DNA of 64,000 nt from Parcubacteria group bacterium (GCA_016181765.1 JACOYR010000001.1:16847-80846), one strand, 5' to 3'; positions 1-9,339 are shown, counted from the first letter of the stretch. Notes: generated by a model from the sequence alone, not told the origin. A program made the numbers and translations.

Positions 1-1420
1 CGTCCTTGTACGCAACCGCGCGCATGGTGCGCGACACATCCACGCTGGATGAGACATCCGTACGGATGTCCATGTCCCGCCCCGAAGCCGGCGCGCTGGT
101 GTAGCGCGTCAGTTCGGCGCGGACGTTGGCCGCGCGCTCGGGCACGGTAAGGCTGTCGCGCAGCTCCGCGCGATTGCCTCGTGTGTCCACCGCATAGAGC
201 AGCACGCCGTACCGGCCCGGTTCCAACGCGTTGTAGTCTGCATGGCCGGTGAACGCACTCCCATCGGCCAAGGCGCTGGAATCTTTGGCCCCGACCCGGA
301 GGTTGTAGCTCACGGGCAAGGACTCTTCTTCCTCAATTGAGTACGTAACTACCGTACCCGTAACATTGAGCGAGACTGCCGGCGGGGTAGTGTCCGGCGG
401 AGCCAGGACCGTAACGGTCTGTGTTGCCGCAAGATCCTCGTAGGAGAACCGCACGGTTACGCGGAACGTGCCGTCCGCGTTAGCAACGGTGTCCCTTGAA
501 CTTGGCACCGGCTCTACCGCCTGCACCAAGCTCGGGACACCGTCATACAGAACCGTCAGGAGGCCCCGTGCCACAGCGCTTTGGCCGTAGGCAACGGTCG
601 TATCCTGCGGGCTTACGAACAGCGCCCGGGTGATGGTGCTGACCGCGCCTGCGGGAGTGACCACGATCTCGCGCGGCGGCTCCCCGGGAGCGGGGAATGA
701 ACCCTTGATGATGACGTCAAAGGGCTCAAATGCGGGCGGCTCCTCCAGGCTCTGCACGTGGAACCGGTATTCCGGCTCCATGGCTTGCAGAGCCTTTGCG
801 CCGGGCTCGGGATCGTTGAGGCGCTCATGGAGAGCGTCCCACGCAAGCCGGAAAGACTCCTCATCCATGCGGCCCCTCGGCGCACCCTCGTACAAAACCG
901 GGAATGCGATTGCCACAGGCTTGCCCGAAGCACGCGGACTTCTCCTGCCGAAGTTGTCCGCGAATACGAAGAAGTCCGTGAAGTCCACGATGCCATCGCC
1001 GTTGAAGTCAAAGACCGGATTGAACCGGCCTGACTCTTCCCTCAAGCCGAAGACATCCGCGAACAGGAAAAAGTCGTCAAAGCCCACGACGCCGTCGCCA
1101 TCCCCGTCAGCCGTGATTTCCGGAGCGAAGAAAGCGAGGGTCGCATCCGCCTGCGCGGTGGCAGTGGCGAAGCGTGTTTCCACCAGCGTGGGAACTCCGC
1201 CAATCACCCGCGGCTCGCGCAGGTATCCATCCACCTTGACCCGTCCCGTAAGGGTCCGGCCCGTGATGTCGGATAAACGCAGGAGCGCGTTGTCCTGGGG
1301 CAGTGCAGCGAGTTTGTACACTGGCTCGCTTGCCGGACCCAGAACCGTATCGTCCTTGTCCGAACGGCCCGCGCATCCGAGAATCGCGGCCGCGAAAAGC
1401 AGTGCGACGATCTGTCGCAT
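1..1420 (-). CDS. Lipoprotein (5' end at 1420, runs off window edge) with signal peptide, lipobox (AAILGC) and two dockerin-type calcium-binding repeats
   Basis: Minus-strand frame open from ATG at 1418-1420 to position 1 (no ORF listed because no stop in window). GGAGGA SD 7 nt upstream. Hand translation gives MRQIVALLFAAAILGCAG... and repeats DGDGVVGFDDFFLFADVFG / FDFNGDGIVDFTDFFVFADNFG (dockerin-like). Confidence 0.6.
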   Translation of the reverse strand, partial: MRQIVALLFAAAILGCAGRSDKDDTVLGPASEPVYKLAALPQDNALLRLSDITGRTLTGRVKVDGYLREPRVIGGVPTLVETRFATATAQADATLAFFAPEITADGDGDGVVGFDDFFLFADVFGLREESGRFNPVFDFNGDGIVDFTDFFVFADNFGRRSPRASGKPVAIAFPVLYEGAPRGRMDEESFRLAWDALHERLNDPEPGAKALQAMEPEYRFHVQSLEEPPAFEPFDVIIKGSFPAPGEPPREIVVTPAGAVSTITRALFVSPQDTTVAYGQSAVARGLLTVLYDGVPSLVQAVEPVPSSRDTVANADGTFRVTVRFSYEDLAATQTVTVLAPPDTTPPAVSLNVTGTVVTYSIEEEESLPVSYNLRVGAKDSSALADGSAFTGHADYNALEPGRYGVLLYAVDTRGNRAELRDSLTVPERAANVRAELTRYTSAPASGRDMDIRTDVSSSVDVSRTMRAVAYKD

Positions 1421-1592
1421 GGTATCCTCCTCGGTCTCTCAAGACCAGTGTGTACCGTGTGTGCAGGAATATTGTCAACGACCGGTTTTGCATGCCCATT
1501 TTGGGCGGGTTTCAGTACAGCCTAATTTTAGCCCAAAATAGGTATCATCATACAAGAAATACATACAAAAGTCAAGCGCCGATTCGGTGCTT

Positions 1593-1620
1593 GGCCCAAA
1601 ATGGGGCATGTCCCCATTTT
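1593..1620 (-). terminator. Intrinsic terminator downstream of VIT1-family gene (hairpin TGGGGcatgtCCCCA plus U-run on minus strand)
   Basis: Stem 1602-1606/1612-1616, run of A on plus strand 1597-1600 (= U-run on minus). Lies immediately 3' of stop at 1622. Confidence 0.55.
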
Positions 1621-1621
1621 A

Positions 1622-2380
1622 TTACGCCAAACCTTGCAGTAAATACCCTACCCCATAGGCTGAAACCGCGGCAATGGCGCCAACGCCGAGCATCTCAATG
1701 CCCGAAATAATCCAACTTTCCTTGGTGATCAGAGAGCGCGCGGCGCCCACCGCGAACAACGCAATGGCAGTCATCCCAATGGCTGTGTAAAACACATTCC
1801 CGAATTCAACGCCAAGCACGTACGGCAGGAGCGGCAGCAGTCCCGCAGCCACGAACGCAACAAACGTGGCAACGCTGTTTGATATGGGCTTTTCCTCTTC
1901 TCCGGGAATGATGCCGAGCTCCGCCACCATCATCTCATCAACCCATAGTTTTTTGTCGGCGGTGATGGTTGCAACAATACTCTCCAGTTCCTTGCCTTTG
2001 AATCCTTTGGCGCGGTAGATGTGCTCAATTTCTTTGCGCTCTTCATCCGGAATATTCACGGTTTCCCACTCCTCCATGCGGCGCTCCTTTGCCTGGAGCT
2101 GGTTTTCGCTCCGCGTGCCCAGAAAATTGCCCGTAGCCATGGCAACCCCGTCCGCGAGCAGATTCGCAAACCCGAGGATGAGCACGATTTTCGGCTCAAG
2201 GGATGCGCCCGCGACTCCGGCCACCACCGCGAACGTGGTCACAATTCCGTCATTCGCGCCGTACACCATGTTGCGCAGGTACGAGCCCCGGCCCGCGTGG
2301 TGGTATTGCTCCATGGCTTTGCCGTGATGGTGCGCGGCTTTGACTTCCGCGATCATTTGTTGTTTTTGGTTTTTGTCCAT
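1622..2380 (-). CDS. VIT1/CCC1 family iron/manganese transporter (N-terminal ferritin-like domain plus C-terminal membrane domain)
   Basis: ORF 1622..2428. Product has conserved GANDGIVTTFAVVAGVAGA and C-terminal TM helices typical of VIT family. Likely start MDKNQ at 2380; ORF-track start 2428 is the alternative. Confidence 0.8.
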   Translation of the reverse strand: MDKNQKQQMIAEVKAAHHHGKAMEQYHHAGRGSYLRNMVYGANDGIVTTFAVVAGVAGASLEPKIVLILGFANLLADGVAMATGNFLGTRSENQLQAKERRMEEWETVNIPDEERKEIEHIYRAKGFKGKELESIVATITADKKLWVDEMMVAELGIIPGEEEKPISNSVATFVAFVAAGLLPLLPYVLGVEFGNVFYTAIGMTAIALFAVGAARSLITKESWIISGIEMLGVGAIAAVSAYGVGYLLQGLA

Positions 2381-2485
2381 GCATTCAGTATACACCAAAA
2401 TTTGAAATAAAAAAAATCGGGGCGGCACGCTACCTATGCGTACTCGCCCCCGGCGCCTGTGGCCTGAAAAAACCTCGCGTTCCGC

Positions 2486-2860
2486 TTATGCCCCGGAGGT
2501 GATCCGGACCAGCACCCGCCGCGCCGCATCAAGCAGTTCAGCGGGCCGCACGGGCTTGCAGAGGATCTCGGCGACTTCGGAATTCACAGCCGCGCGCTCC
2601 TCCGCACTCATCGCGCCGCTCAAAACGATGAACGGGCATGTTCGGACGTCAGCGCGGATGGCGTTAATGAGCGCCACCGCGGTCAGGTTTCCGAGGTGGA
2701 AGTCCGTGACCACGAGATCTACGGACCCGCGGCAACCGCGCCACCGCCTGAAGGCGTCGAGCACGCTGTCCGCGAACAGCACCCGGTATCCGTCGCGCCG
2801 GAAGATCTCTGCAACAAGATTCCGCACCGGCTCCTCGTCATCCACGACCAGGATGGTCAT
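2486..2860 (-). CDS. Single-domain response regulator (CheY-like receiver), orphan
   Basis: MTILVVDDEEPVRNLV...DLVVTDFHLG...CKPVRPAELL receiver motifs. GAGGGGA SD before ATG at 2860. Minus-strand extended -10 (TGTTATACT) near 2970. Confidence 0.75.
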   Translation of the reverse strand: MTILVVDDEEPVRNLVAEIFRRDGYRVLFADSVLDAFRRWRGCRGSVDLVVTDFHLGNLTAVALINAIRADVRTCPFIVLSGAMSAEERAAVNSEVAEILCKPVRPAELLDAARRVLVRITSGA

Positions 2861-3040
2861 GGGCGTCCCCTCGCTCATCCAGTCATTCGTCCTTCCTGTC
2901 ATCGCCGCATACCCTCCGTAACGGGTTTGGTGTGAAGACATCTTTTTGTAGAACTAAAGAGCAAAAATAGTATAACACACTTCCTTAAAAAACGCAAGTT
3001 TGCATCAAAAAAGAACCCAAAGGCTCCGCTCAAATCAATG

Positions 3041-3113
3041 GCTCGGGGGCAGGGATTTGAACCCCGATTCACGGCTTCAAAGGCCGCTGTCCTACCATTA
3101 GACGACCCCCGAA
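3041..3113 (-). tRNA. tRNA-Gln (anticodon TTG)
   Basis: Reverse complement folds as cloverleaf: acceptor TCGGGGG/CCCCCGA, D-arm GTCTAATGGTAGGAC, anticodon loop CTTTGAA, T-arm GGGGTTCAAATCCC. Confidence 0.8.
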
Positions 3114-3116
3114 TAA

Positions 3117-3500
3117 TTATGAGGTTTTGTTTTTGAGTTTTTTGTCAAACGTCAAGAGCGGCATCCCGTGCAGCCGCGCGAGCGAAAGTAAAAAGCCGTC
3201 TACAAAGTGCATCCCTCTGCTGTACCATGGCCACATACCCATAAGGGCGCGGCGCTCGGGTACCCGCAACCAACGCTGGCTGACAAAGAGTTCTAATTTT
3301 TCCGCTACCTCACCCCGTTTCTTCTGGTAAAACGACTCAAGCACGAAGCTCGCTTCCGCCACCACGAGCGGGGTAACCATAATGCGCCGCGCTCCCTGCT
3401 GGGCTTGCCGGAACCACGCCGCTGCCTCTTTCTGTTGCGCGCGGTTATCACCGACTAAAAAACGAATCAATACATTAGTATCAAGCAGGCAGGTTTTCAT
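3117..3500 (-). CDS. vapC: PIN-domain toxin VapC
   Basis: MKTCLLDTNVLIRFLVGD... PIN acidic motif. Start overlaps upstream antitoxin stop by 4 nt (ATGA). Confidence 0.8.
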   Translation of the reverse strand: MKTCLLDTNVLIRFLVGDNRAQQKEAAAWFRQAQQGARRIMVTPLVVAEASFVLESFYQKKRGEVAEKLELFVSQRWLRVPERRALMGMWPWYSRGMHFVDGFLLSLARLHGMPLLTFDKKLKNKTS

Positions 3501-3742
3501 GCGCGCCGCGGCCACTGCTTCACAAACGCGTCCCGGGCGGACCGAAGTTCTCTGTCGCTCAATGAGACCGGGGACTTGAGTGATCCTTCCAGAGACCAAA
3601 AATCATCCGTCGGCTGTACGACCATGCGGTTTCCCTGCTCTTGAATAAGCGCTTTGGCGGCTCCTTTGATGCCGAATCGCGCGCGCATTGACTTTGGAAT
3701 GGTGAGCTGCCCCTGCCGCGTAATTGACACAATCTGGTTCAT
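3497..3742 (-). CDS. vapB: AbrB/MazE-fold antitoxin VapB
   Basis: MNQIVSITRQGQLTIPKSMRARFGI swapped-hairpin motif. AT-rich upstream region with TTATTG direct repeats and inverted repeat (probable operator). Confidence 0.75.
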   Translation of the reverse strand: MNQIVSITRQGQLTIPKSMRARFGIKGAAKALIQEQGNRMVVQPTDDFWSLEGSLKSPVSLSDRELRSARDAFVKQWPRRA

Positions 3743-3812
3743 ATTATTATTTCTAACAATAATGCAATAATTCTTTTCATTATCATATATCAAAAATAAT
3801 AGAACGTCAAGT

Positions 3813-4733
3813 TTATACCCTCATATACCTCCGCAAGGCAAGGCTCGTCGCGAACACGGAAATGAGGATGATGCCAAGAAGCTCGCCCCCGAAAATGAGG
3901 GCTACGTTTTGGTTGAGGTACGAGAGCAAGGTGAAATCAACGGGCCCGAGCAGGCCCACCACGTAGGGGTCCGAGAACGTGGCCGCCGCGTACCCAAGCA
4001 CGAACGTGATGCCGCTGCCCACCATGGCGTACAGGATGGCCTCGCCCACGAACGGCCCGCGGATGAACGAGTTGGAAGCTCCCACGAGCTTCATGATGCC
4101 AATCTCGTCGCGGTGCGTGTAAATGGCGATGCGGATGGTGTTCACGATCACGATGAGCGAAATGAGCCCGAAAAATAGAGTGACCCCCCAGCCGATGCGC
4201 TCAAGCTGGCCCGCAATCTGCTCCAGCTTCTCAATGACATAGCTGTTATCGTCAAAGCTTTGGTTGTCTATAAGTACTGCGAACTGCGGGGTCGCGTTCA
4301 GGATGTCTATGACCTTCTGGTAGTCCGACGTGTCAGCGGTATTCACGATTAAGGTGTCCCCGAGCGGATTGTTTGCAAGCTCTTTGAGCGACTCAAGGAT
4401 GAGGGGGCTGTTCTTGTACTGCTCGCGCAGTTTGGCCAGGGCTTCGGACTTGGTGACATGCGCAACCCGCACGACATAGGGCGCATCCTCAAGCGTTTGC
4501 TGGACCACGGCAATCTGCTCTTCTGTGGCAGTCGGCTTAAAGTACACGGATACGTCCACTTTTGATTTGACCAGGCTGATGGCCTCATTCATGACCGCGT
4601 TTATGAACACGAGCGAGGTCACGCTGAAGAGCGTCAGCACGATGATGGTGATGGTTACCATGGAGAGCCAGATATTCCGGGCGAAATTCTGGAGCGAGAA
4701 CTTGGTGATTCGGGAAAGGGAGAGAAAAAGCAT
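3813..4733 (-). CDS. ftsX: Cell division permease FtsX
   Basis: 306 aa, four TM segments, large periplasmic loop. Directly downstream of ftsE. Confidence 0.85.
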   Translation of the reverse strand: MLFLSLSRITKFSLQNFARNIWLSMVTITIIVLTLFSVTSLVFINAVMNEAISLVKSKVDVSVYFKPTATEEQIAVVQQTLEDAPYVVRVAHVTKSEALAKLREQYKNSPLILESLKELANNPLGDTLIVNTADTSDYQKVIDILNATPQFAVLIDNQSFDDNSYVIEKLEQIAGQLERIGWGVTLFFGLISLIVIVNTIRIAIYTHRDEIGIMKLVGASNSFIRGPFVGEAILYAMVGSGITFVLGYAAATFSDPYVVGLLGPVDFTLLSYLNQNVALIFGGELLGIILISVFATSLALRRYMRV

Positions 4734-4800
4734 GTTTGTTCGTCATTCCGAGCCTGCCGAGGAATCTAGCTAGACCCCTCGGCGTTACTCGGGGTGACGG

Positions 4801-5517
4801 TTATAATAGATACTTTCCGCGCTCCTTGTCGCTGATGACTACCCCGTCCTCCAAGGTGATGACGCGGCGGTGCAGGTCGTTGACGATTTCGCGGTTGTGG
4901 GTGACCAGGAGCACGGTGGTGCCGAAGTCGTTGATTTTCTTTAAAAGCTCAATGATGTCGCGGGAGTTGATGGAATCCAAATTTCCGGTGGGCTCGTCCG
5001 CAACCAGGATCTTGGGCCGGTGCGCCAGGGACCGCGCCACCACCACGCGCTGCTGCTCCCCGCCTGAAATCTGGTGCGGAAACCGGCTCATCTTGCCCTC
5101 AAGCCCCACGATGCGCAGGACCTGGGGAACAATTTCCTGTATCTTGCCCCACTCCTCGCCCCCCACTTCCAGGGCGAACGCCACGTTCTCAAACAGAGTC
5201 TTGCGCGGCAGGAGCTTGAAATCCTGGAACACCACGCCGATCTGCTTCCGCAGGATCGGGATTTCCCGCTGTTTGATGTCTGTGATGTCCCACCCCCCGA
5301 TGACAATGCGGCCCTTACTCGGCCGCTCTTCGGCCAGAATGAGCTTGATGAGCGTGGTTTTGCCGGTTCCGCTCTGGCCCACAATGGACACGAACTCCCC
5401 GGGCTCAATCTTGAGGCTTATGTTTTTGAGGGCTGTCTGCTGGCCCGGGTATATTTTGCTTACGCTTTTGAATTCAACCATTGCGCGTGCCGCTAATTGA
5501 CGAAATCCCTCCGACAT
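4801..5517 (-). CDS. ftsE: Cell division ABC ATPase FtsE
   Basis: Walker A GQSGTGKTT, signature LSGGEQQRV, Walker B ILVADEPTGNLD. Start ambiguous: ATG 5517 lies 5 nt after an extended -10 (TGCTATAAT, leaderless); the FtsE-like N-terminus MVEFKSVSKIY begins at 5478. Confidence 0.85.
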   Translation of the reverse strand: MSEGFRQLAARAMVEFKSVSKIYPGQQTALKNISLKIEPGEFVSIVGQSGTGKTTLIKLILAEERPSKGRIVIGGWDITDIKQREIPILRKQIGVVFQDFKLLPRKTLFENVAFALEVGGEEWGKIQEIVPQVLRIVGLEGKMSRFPHQISGGEQQRVVVARSLAHRPKILVADEPTGNLDSINSRDIIELLKKINDFGTTVLLVTHNREIVNDLHRRVITLEDGVVISDKERGKYLL

Positions 5518-5573
5518 ATTACATTATAGCATATAATCCTAACATGACGAAGAGGCTGTGCGCGTCAAACTAG

Positions 5574-5649
5574 GCCACCTTAGCTCAGCTGGTAGAGCAA
5601 TGCTTTCGTAAAGCAGAGGTCCCGGGTTCGATCCCCGGAGGTGGCTCCA
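5574..5649 (+). tRNA. tRNA-Thr (anticodon CGT), CCA encoded
   Basis: GCCACCT...AGGTGGC acceptor, D-arm GCTCAGCTGGTAGAGC, anticodon loop TTCGTAA, T-arm CCGGGTTCGATCCCCGG. Confidence 0.85.
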
Positions 5650-5650
5650 C

Positions 5651-5724
5651 GCGGGATTAGTACAATGGCAGTACGCTAGCTTCCCAAGCTAGAGAAGCGG
5701 GTCCGATTCCCGTATCCCGCTCCA
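5651..5724 (+). tRNA. tRNA-Gly (anticodon CCC), CCA encoded
   Basis: GCGGGAT...ATCCCGC acceptor, anticodon stem-loop CTAGC-TTCCCAA-GCTAG, T-arm GCGGGTCCGATTCCCGT. Confidence 0.85.
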
Positions 5725-5730
5725 ACCCGC

Positions 5731-6651
5731 CTACCGCACGAGCCTGAAAATCGCGAGCTCGCGTTTTTGCTGTTCCACCCACTCGTCAAAATCAAAACCC
5801 CGCACCAGAATGTGGCGGGCCCGGGCTTTTTGCGCGACCCTGTTTTCGTCATACAACACATCTTCCAGCTTGATGATGTGCCAGCCATAGGATGACTTGA
5901 CCGGATCGCTGACCTCGCCTATCTCCATGCCAAAAATCGCCTGCTCCAATGCGGGTTCCAAAGCTCCGCGGCCAAAGTACCCCAAATCGCCGCCCTGGTG
6001 CGCGGTGGCCGCGTCATAGCTCTCCTCGCGCGCGAGTTGCGCGAAGTCAGCGCCCTCTTCCCGCGCGAGAACCACCAAGGACAATGCTTGCTGTTCCAGC
6101 TCCTCATCACTCTTGCCGAACTCGGAGAGCAGGGCGGTTTTGACTTTCTGCTGAAGCAAGAACGGCCGCAGGACCCGCTCAATGAACTGATCGTCATTCC
6201 AGCCGTAGGCCTCCTGCACGAACGCGTGGATTTCCTCCTGGCTCTCGGGGCGCTCGCGGAGCCGCTCCCACTCCAGGTACACCTCCTGGTCCGCGACCGT
6301 AATGCGCTGCTTGCGCGCAAAGATGCGCACCACCTTTTCGGCAATCAGTTTATTCACGAGCCGCTCGCGGATTTCTTGCGGGTCCGGAATCCCGAGAAGC
6401 ACGTTCTTGTTCTCGCGCTGGAAATCCCAGTACCGGTACAATGCCGCAAGATCGGAAAGGTACGTGTGCAGGGGAATGATTTCCCAATCAACAAGAATCG
6501 CGGGGTACGGAATCACGCGCGCAACAGCGTACGCGGCCCGGGACTGCCACTGGAACCGGTAAACGGCAATGCCGCTTATGAATACAAACGCTGCGAACGC
6601 CATTGCTCCGGCAATAACAAAGCGCCGCGCGTTGTTCTTTGCCTTTATCAT
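5731..6651 (-). CDS. Parvulin (PpiC)-type peptidyl-prolyl isomerase, SurA/PrsA-like, membrane anchored
   Basis: N-terminal TM segment. C-terminal parvulin motifs HILVRGF...GGDLGYFGRG...GWHIIKLED. Confidence 0.75.
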   Translation of the reverse strand: MIKAKNNARRFVIAGAMAFAAFVFISGIAVYRFQWQSRAAYAVARVIPYPAILVDWEIIPLHTYLSDLAALYRYWDFQRENKNVLLGIPDPQEIRERLVNKLIAEKVVRIFARKQRITVADQEVYLEWERLRERPESQEEIHAFVQEAYGWNDDQFIERVLRPFLLQQKVKTALLSEFGKSDEELEQQALSLVVLAREEGADFAQLAREESYDAATAHQGGDLGYFGRGALEPALEQAIFGMEIGEVSDPVKSSYGWHIIKLEDVLYDENRVAQKARARHILVRGFDFDEWVEQQKRELAIFRLVR

Positions 6652-7136
6652 TCTGTTTCAACAGAAAGCGCTTCCGGGCTAAAAAAATACTCCCACCAGA
6701 GCTTGAGGTTCGCATCCCCGAGCACCCTTCCCCGGGAGCCGTCCGGGCCGCTTGAGCCTGTCCCGAGGCCGTGAGTACCCGGCATAAACTTCGCCGAGGG
6801 ATCCACGCCGGAATCAGGCGCATTCTGGGAATCAACATCAGGAATCACGACCAGCGACTCGCCGGGCTCGGTGAGATTCAGTTTTTCGCGCGCTTCCTCC
6901 CGGATGAACGAATCAGTCTGCACGTACTCTATGAGCTCGCCCAAACTATCCTTTTCGCGCTCAAGGGCGCTGATCTCCAGGGACAGGGCCGTGATGCGCG
7001 CTTCGGTTGCGCGCTTCTCCAGGACCGCGCGGCTCGCGTACACTCCGAATATGATGACCAACAGCACGAGGAGCGCGACAGCGGGCTTGGACAGTACAAT
7101 TGCTTTGAATAGTCCGTTCGGCATACTAGGGGTCAA
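6648..7136 (-). CDS. Septum formation initiator family protein (FtsB/DivIC-like)
   Basis: N-terminal TM plus coiled coil (RITALSLEISALEREKDSLGELIEY). 4-nt overlap with downstream PPIase. Confidence 0.5.
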   Translation of the reverse strand: MTPSMPNGLFKAIVLSKPAVALLVLLVIIFGVYASRAVLEKRATEARITALSLEISALEREKDSLGELIEYVQTDSFIREEAREKLNLTEPGESLVVIPDVDSQNAPDSGVDPSAKFMPGTHGLGTGSSGPDGSRGRVLGDANLKLWWEYFFSPEALSVETE

Positions 7137-9339
7137 CGCGGATCATGCGCTCCCAGGTCTGGCGGCCATTGAGGTACACGGTTTCTTTGGCATCCCGGAG
7201 CTCCATGGAAAACGCAAGCTTGTACGTCCCGGGTTTGATTGTGCGCGGGTCCAGCGTGAATTTGACGATTCCGGTTTCCCCGGGCAAGATTCTGCTCTTA
7301 TTAAGCGGCACGCCGACCACGGCCTTGTCTATCCAGTCGTTCCTGTCGTAGAACGGGCTCGCGGCCCCATCCTCGCCGACCACCGACACCGCGGCCCGGC
7401 GCGAAACCCATGCCTGGTCAATGCTCGTGTTCTTAAGTTCCAGGGTGATGGAAATCGGCTTCCACTTCTTGCGCACGGCAATGGGAATGTTGTGCTTAAT
7501 AATCTGCGCTGAAACTCCGGATATGATTGACACGCTCTTGCCCACGAGCCCGCCCGGCATTTCCACAATAGCCCCGGATGCGTCCGTGTACTCAAGGATG
7601 TACCACTCGCGGATCACGCCGCCTGCGAGCGGGGCGGCGACGGTGAAGCTGAATTCAGCGATTTGGTTCTGGCTCGCGGTTGACGCGAGTGGAATGCGGT
7701 TGGGAGCGATGAGGGATGATGCGGAACTGTTCTCATCAATCAATTTTACGTACACTTTCCCAGCCTCCCAGGTTGCAGTGCCGCGGTTGCGGAACGAAAC
7801 GCGCACAGTGGCGCTTGAGCCGGCTATGAGCGTGTCCGGAACTCCGATGGTGTCGTAGAGAGAGAGGTGCGAGGGCGCGGACGCGGCGGGGGCGGTTGCA
7901 GAGCTTGCCTGGCCAACGCGTTCCGCGTATGCAATGTAATGCGCGGGGTCAGGGATGGTTGAGTCAATGTACTCAATAGGGTCCCCGACCGAGGTGAGCG
8001 CGAGGGTTTGGTCTGTGGCAATGGGCACGGATGCGAGCCTTGAGGCGCCATAGGTGCGCCGCACAATATCCTCGGACGCAATGCGCTTCTTTTTGCCGTT
8101 TGAAATGACATAATAGGCGTTATCCCGGGATTTGACCAGGCTTCCTTCGGCAAGCGGAAGCGGATCTCCGGGCGGGTAGCTTGAAAGCGTTGCCTGGGAA
8201 ACGTATGCAGGAGTTGCGCGGTTGAAGTTCTCCTGCCATACGCTGTCGTCCAAAAGCTCCCGACGGATGCCGTGCTTGACGTAAAAAATTTCCGGGCCGT
8301 CGCTCTTGAGCAGAACTCCTTTGGGGTACACGGACTGCTCGGTGATGGGCTCGCCCTCTTCCAGGGCATCAAGTTCTGCTTTGGAAACCACTGCCGGGGT
8401 GACAGGTTCGGTATCCGCGAGATGGTACCCGAGCGATGCGAGCGCAGAAGAGCCCACCAACCGGTGCTTGAGCCCGTCCGAGAGTAAATACATTATTCCC
8501 CCGCCCTCGGCCGCCACCACCGCGTTGTTGGCAACAGCAATGGGCTCGCCAATTGCGTAGTACCCGAGCCGCTCGGGCGAGGCGTCAATGGCGTCATCCA
8601 GGGCGTGGTCAGCGAGATAAATGGATGGGGACGCAAACTTGCGGCGCTTATTGTTGTCAATTTTCCAATACTCGTTGGCGGCCGTGTCCCGCAACAGGGC
8701 GCCATCCGGGTAGATGCGCTCTGTAAAGTACTGGTTCCATACCCGCGAAAAGAAAAAGTTGCCGCCAATGCCGGCAAGCGACCCGTGGTAGGGCGTGTAA
8801 ATGTAGAGGTTTGCGGTTGCCTGGTTTGCCGGGGTGACCTGGTACCCATCCTTGGTGGTGGTGGTTTTCCCGGCCGCATACTCAAAGTACGTGCGCTCCG
8901 CGTAAATGCGCTGGGTATCCGCTGCCGCGTCCAGCTGGTTGTAGATGCCTCGGTACTTTTCATTGCACCGGCTGTTGAAGCACGAGTACCCGGTTGCCCA
9001 GTCCAGTTGCTTTTCGGTAGCTGTTGGCTTCTCAATCAAACCCTGCTCTTGCTGGAGTTTTGCAAGCAAAAATTTCTGGCTGATGTTGTACTGCTTTCCG
9101 ATTTCGTACACCATCTCCGAAACTAATTTAGGCACGCCGAATACGTCCGCGGCAACGCCCTTTAAGGCGCTGTTTTTCTGCTCCAAGAATTGCTGGATTG
9201 CGGTCCGGGAAAGCGCGTTGCCATTAAATAGTTCCGCATCAGTCAGGATGTCGTTTCCATCATAAAACCGGGCTTTTGCCGGATTCGGCGCCCCTAAAAA
9301 AAGCGCAATTATCATGATGGACAATACAATATGCTTCAT
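7126..9339 (-). CDS. Large secreted protein (737 aa) with signal peptide and four ~60-aa internal repeats; C-terminal Ig-like beta-rich region
   Basis: MKHIVLSIMIIALFLGAPNPAKA signal. Repeats of type YYVISNGKKKRIASEDIVRRTYG / IMYLLSDGLKHRLVGSSALASLGY / IFYVKHGIRRELLDDSVW / EYWKIDNNKRRKFASPSIY. Confidence 0.7.
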   Translation of the reverse strand: MKHIVLSIMIIALFLGAPNPAKARFYDGNDILTDAELFNGNALSRTAIQQFLEQKNSALKGVAADVFGVPKLVSEMVYEIGKQYNISQKFLLAKLQQEQGLIEKPTATEKQLDWATGYSCFNSRCNEKYRGIYNQLDAAADTQRIYAERTYFEYAAGKTTTTKDGYQVTPANQATANLYIYTPYHGSLAGIGGNFFFSRVWNQYFTERIYPDGALLRDTAANEYWKIDNNKRRKFASPSIYLADHALDDAIDASPERLGYYAIGEPIAVANNAVVAAEGGGIMYLLSDGLKHRLVGSSALASLGYHLADTEPVTPAVVSKAELDALEEGEPITEQSVYPKGVLLKSDGPEIFYVKHGIRRELLDDSVWQENFNRATPAYVSQATLSSYPPGDPLPLAEGSLVKSRDNAYYVISNGKKKRIASEDIVRRTYGASRLASVPIATDQTLALTSVGDPIEYIDSTIPDPAHYIAYAERVGQASSATAPAASAPSHLSLYDTIGVPDTLIAGSSATVRVSFRNRGTATWEAGKVYVKLIDENSSASSLIAPNRIPLASTASQNQIAEFSFTVAAPLAGGVIREWYILEYTDASGAIVEMPGGLVGKSVSIISGVSAQIIKHNIPIAVRKKWKPISITLELKNTSIDQAWVSRRAAVSVVGEDGAASPFYDRNDWIDKAVVGVPLNKSRILPGETGIVKFTLDPRTIKPGTYKLAFSMELRDAKETVYLNGRQTWERMIRVDP

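Noticed and set aside
630-1541. 303-aa plus-strand ORF and other overlapping ORFs (613..1011, 758..1033, 1107..1499) covering the first 1.5 kb
   Set aside because: Low-complexity Ser/Arg/Pro-rich translations typical of antisense or out-of-frame reading of a GC-rich gene. The minus-strand frame starting at the SD-preceded ATG 1420 gives a coherent lipoprotein with dockerin repeats.
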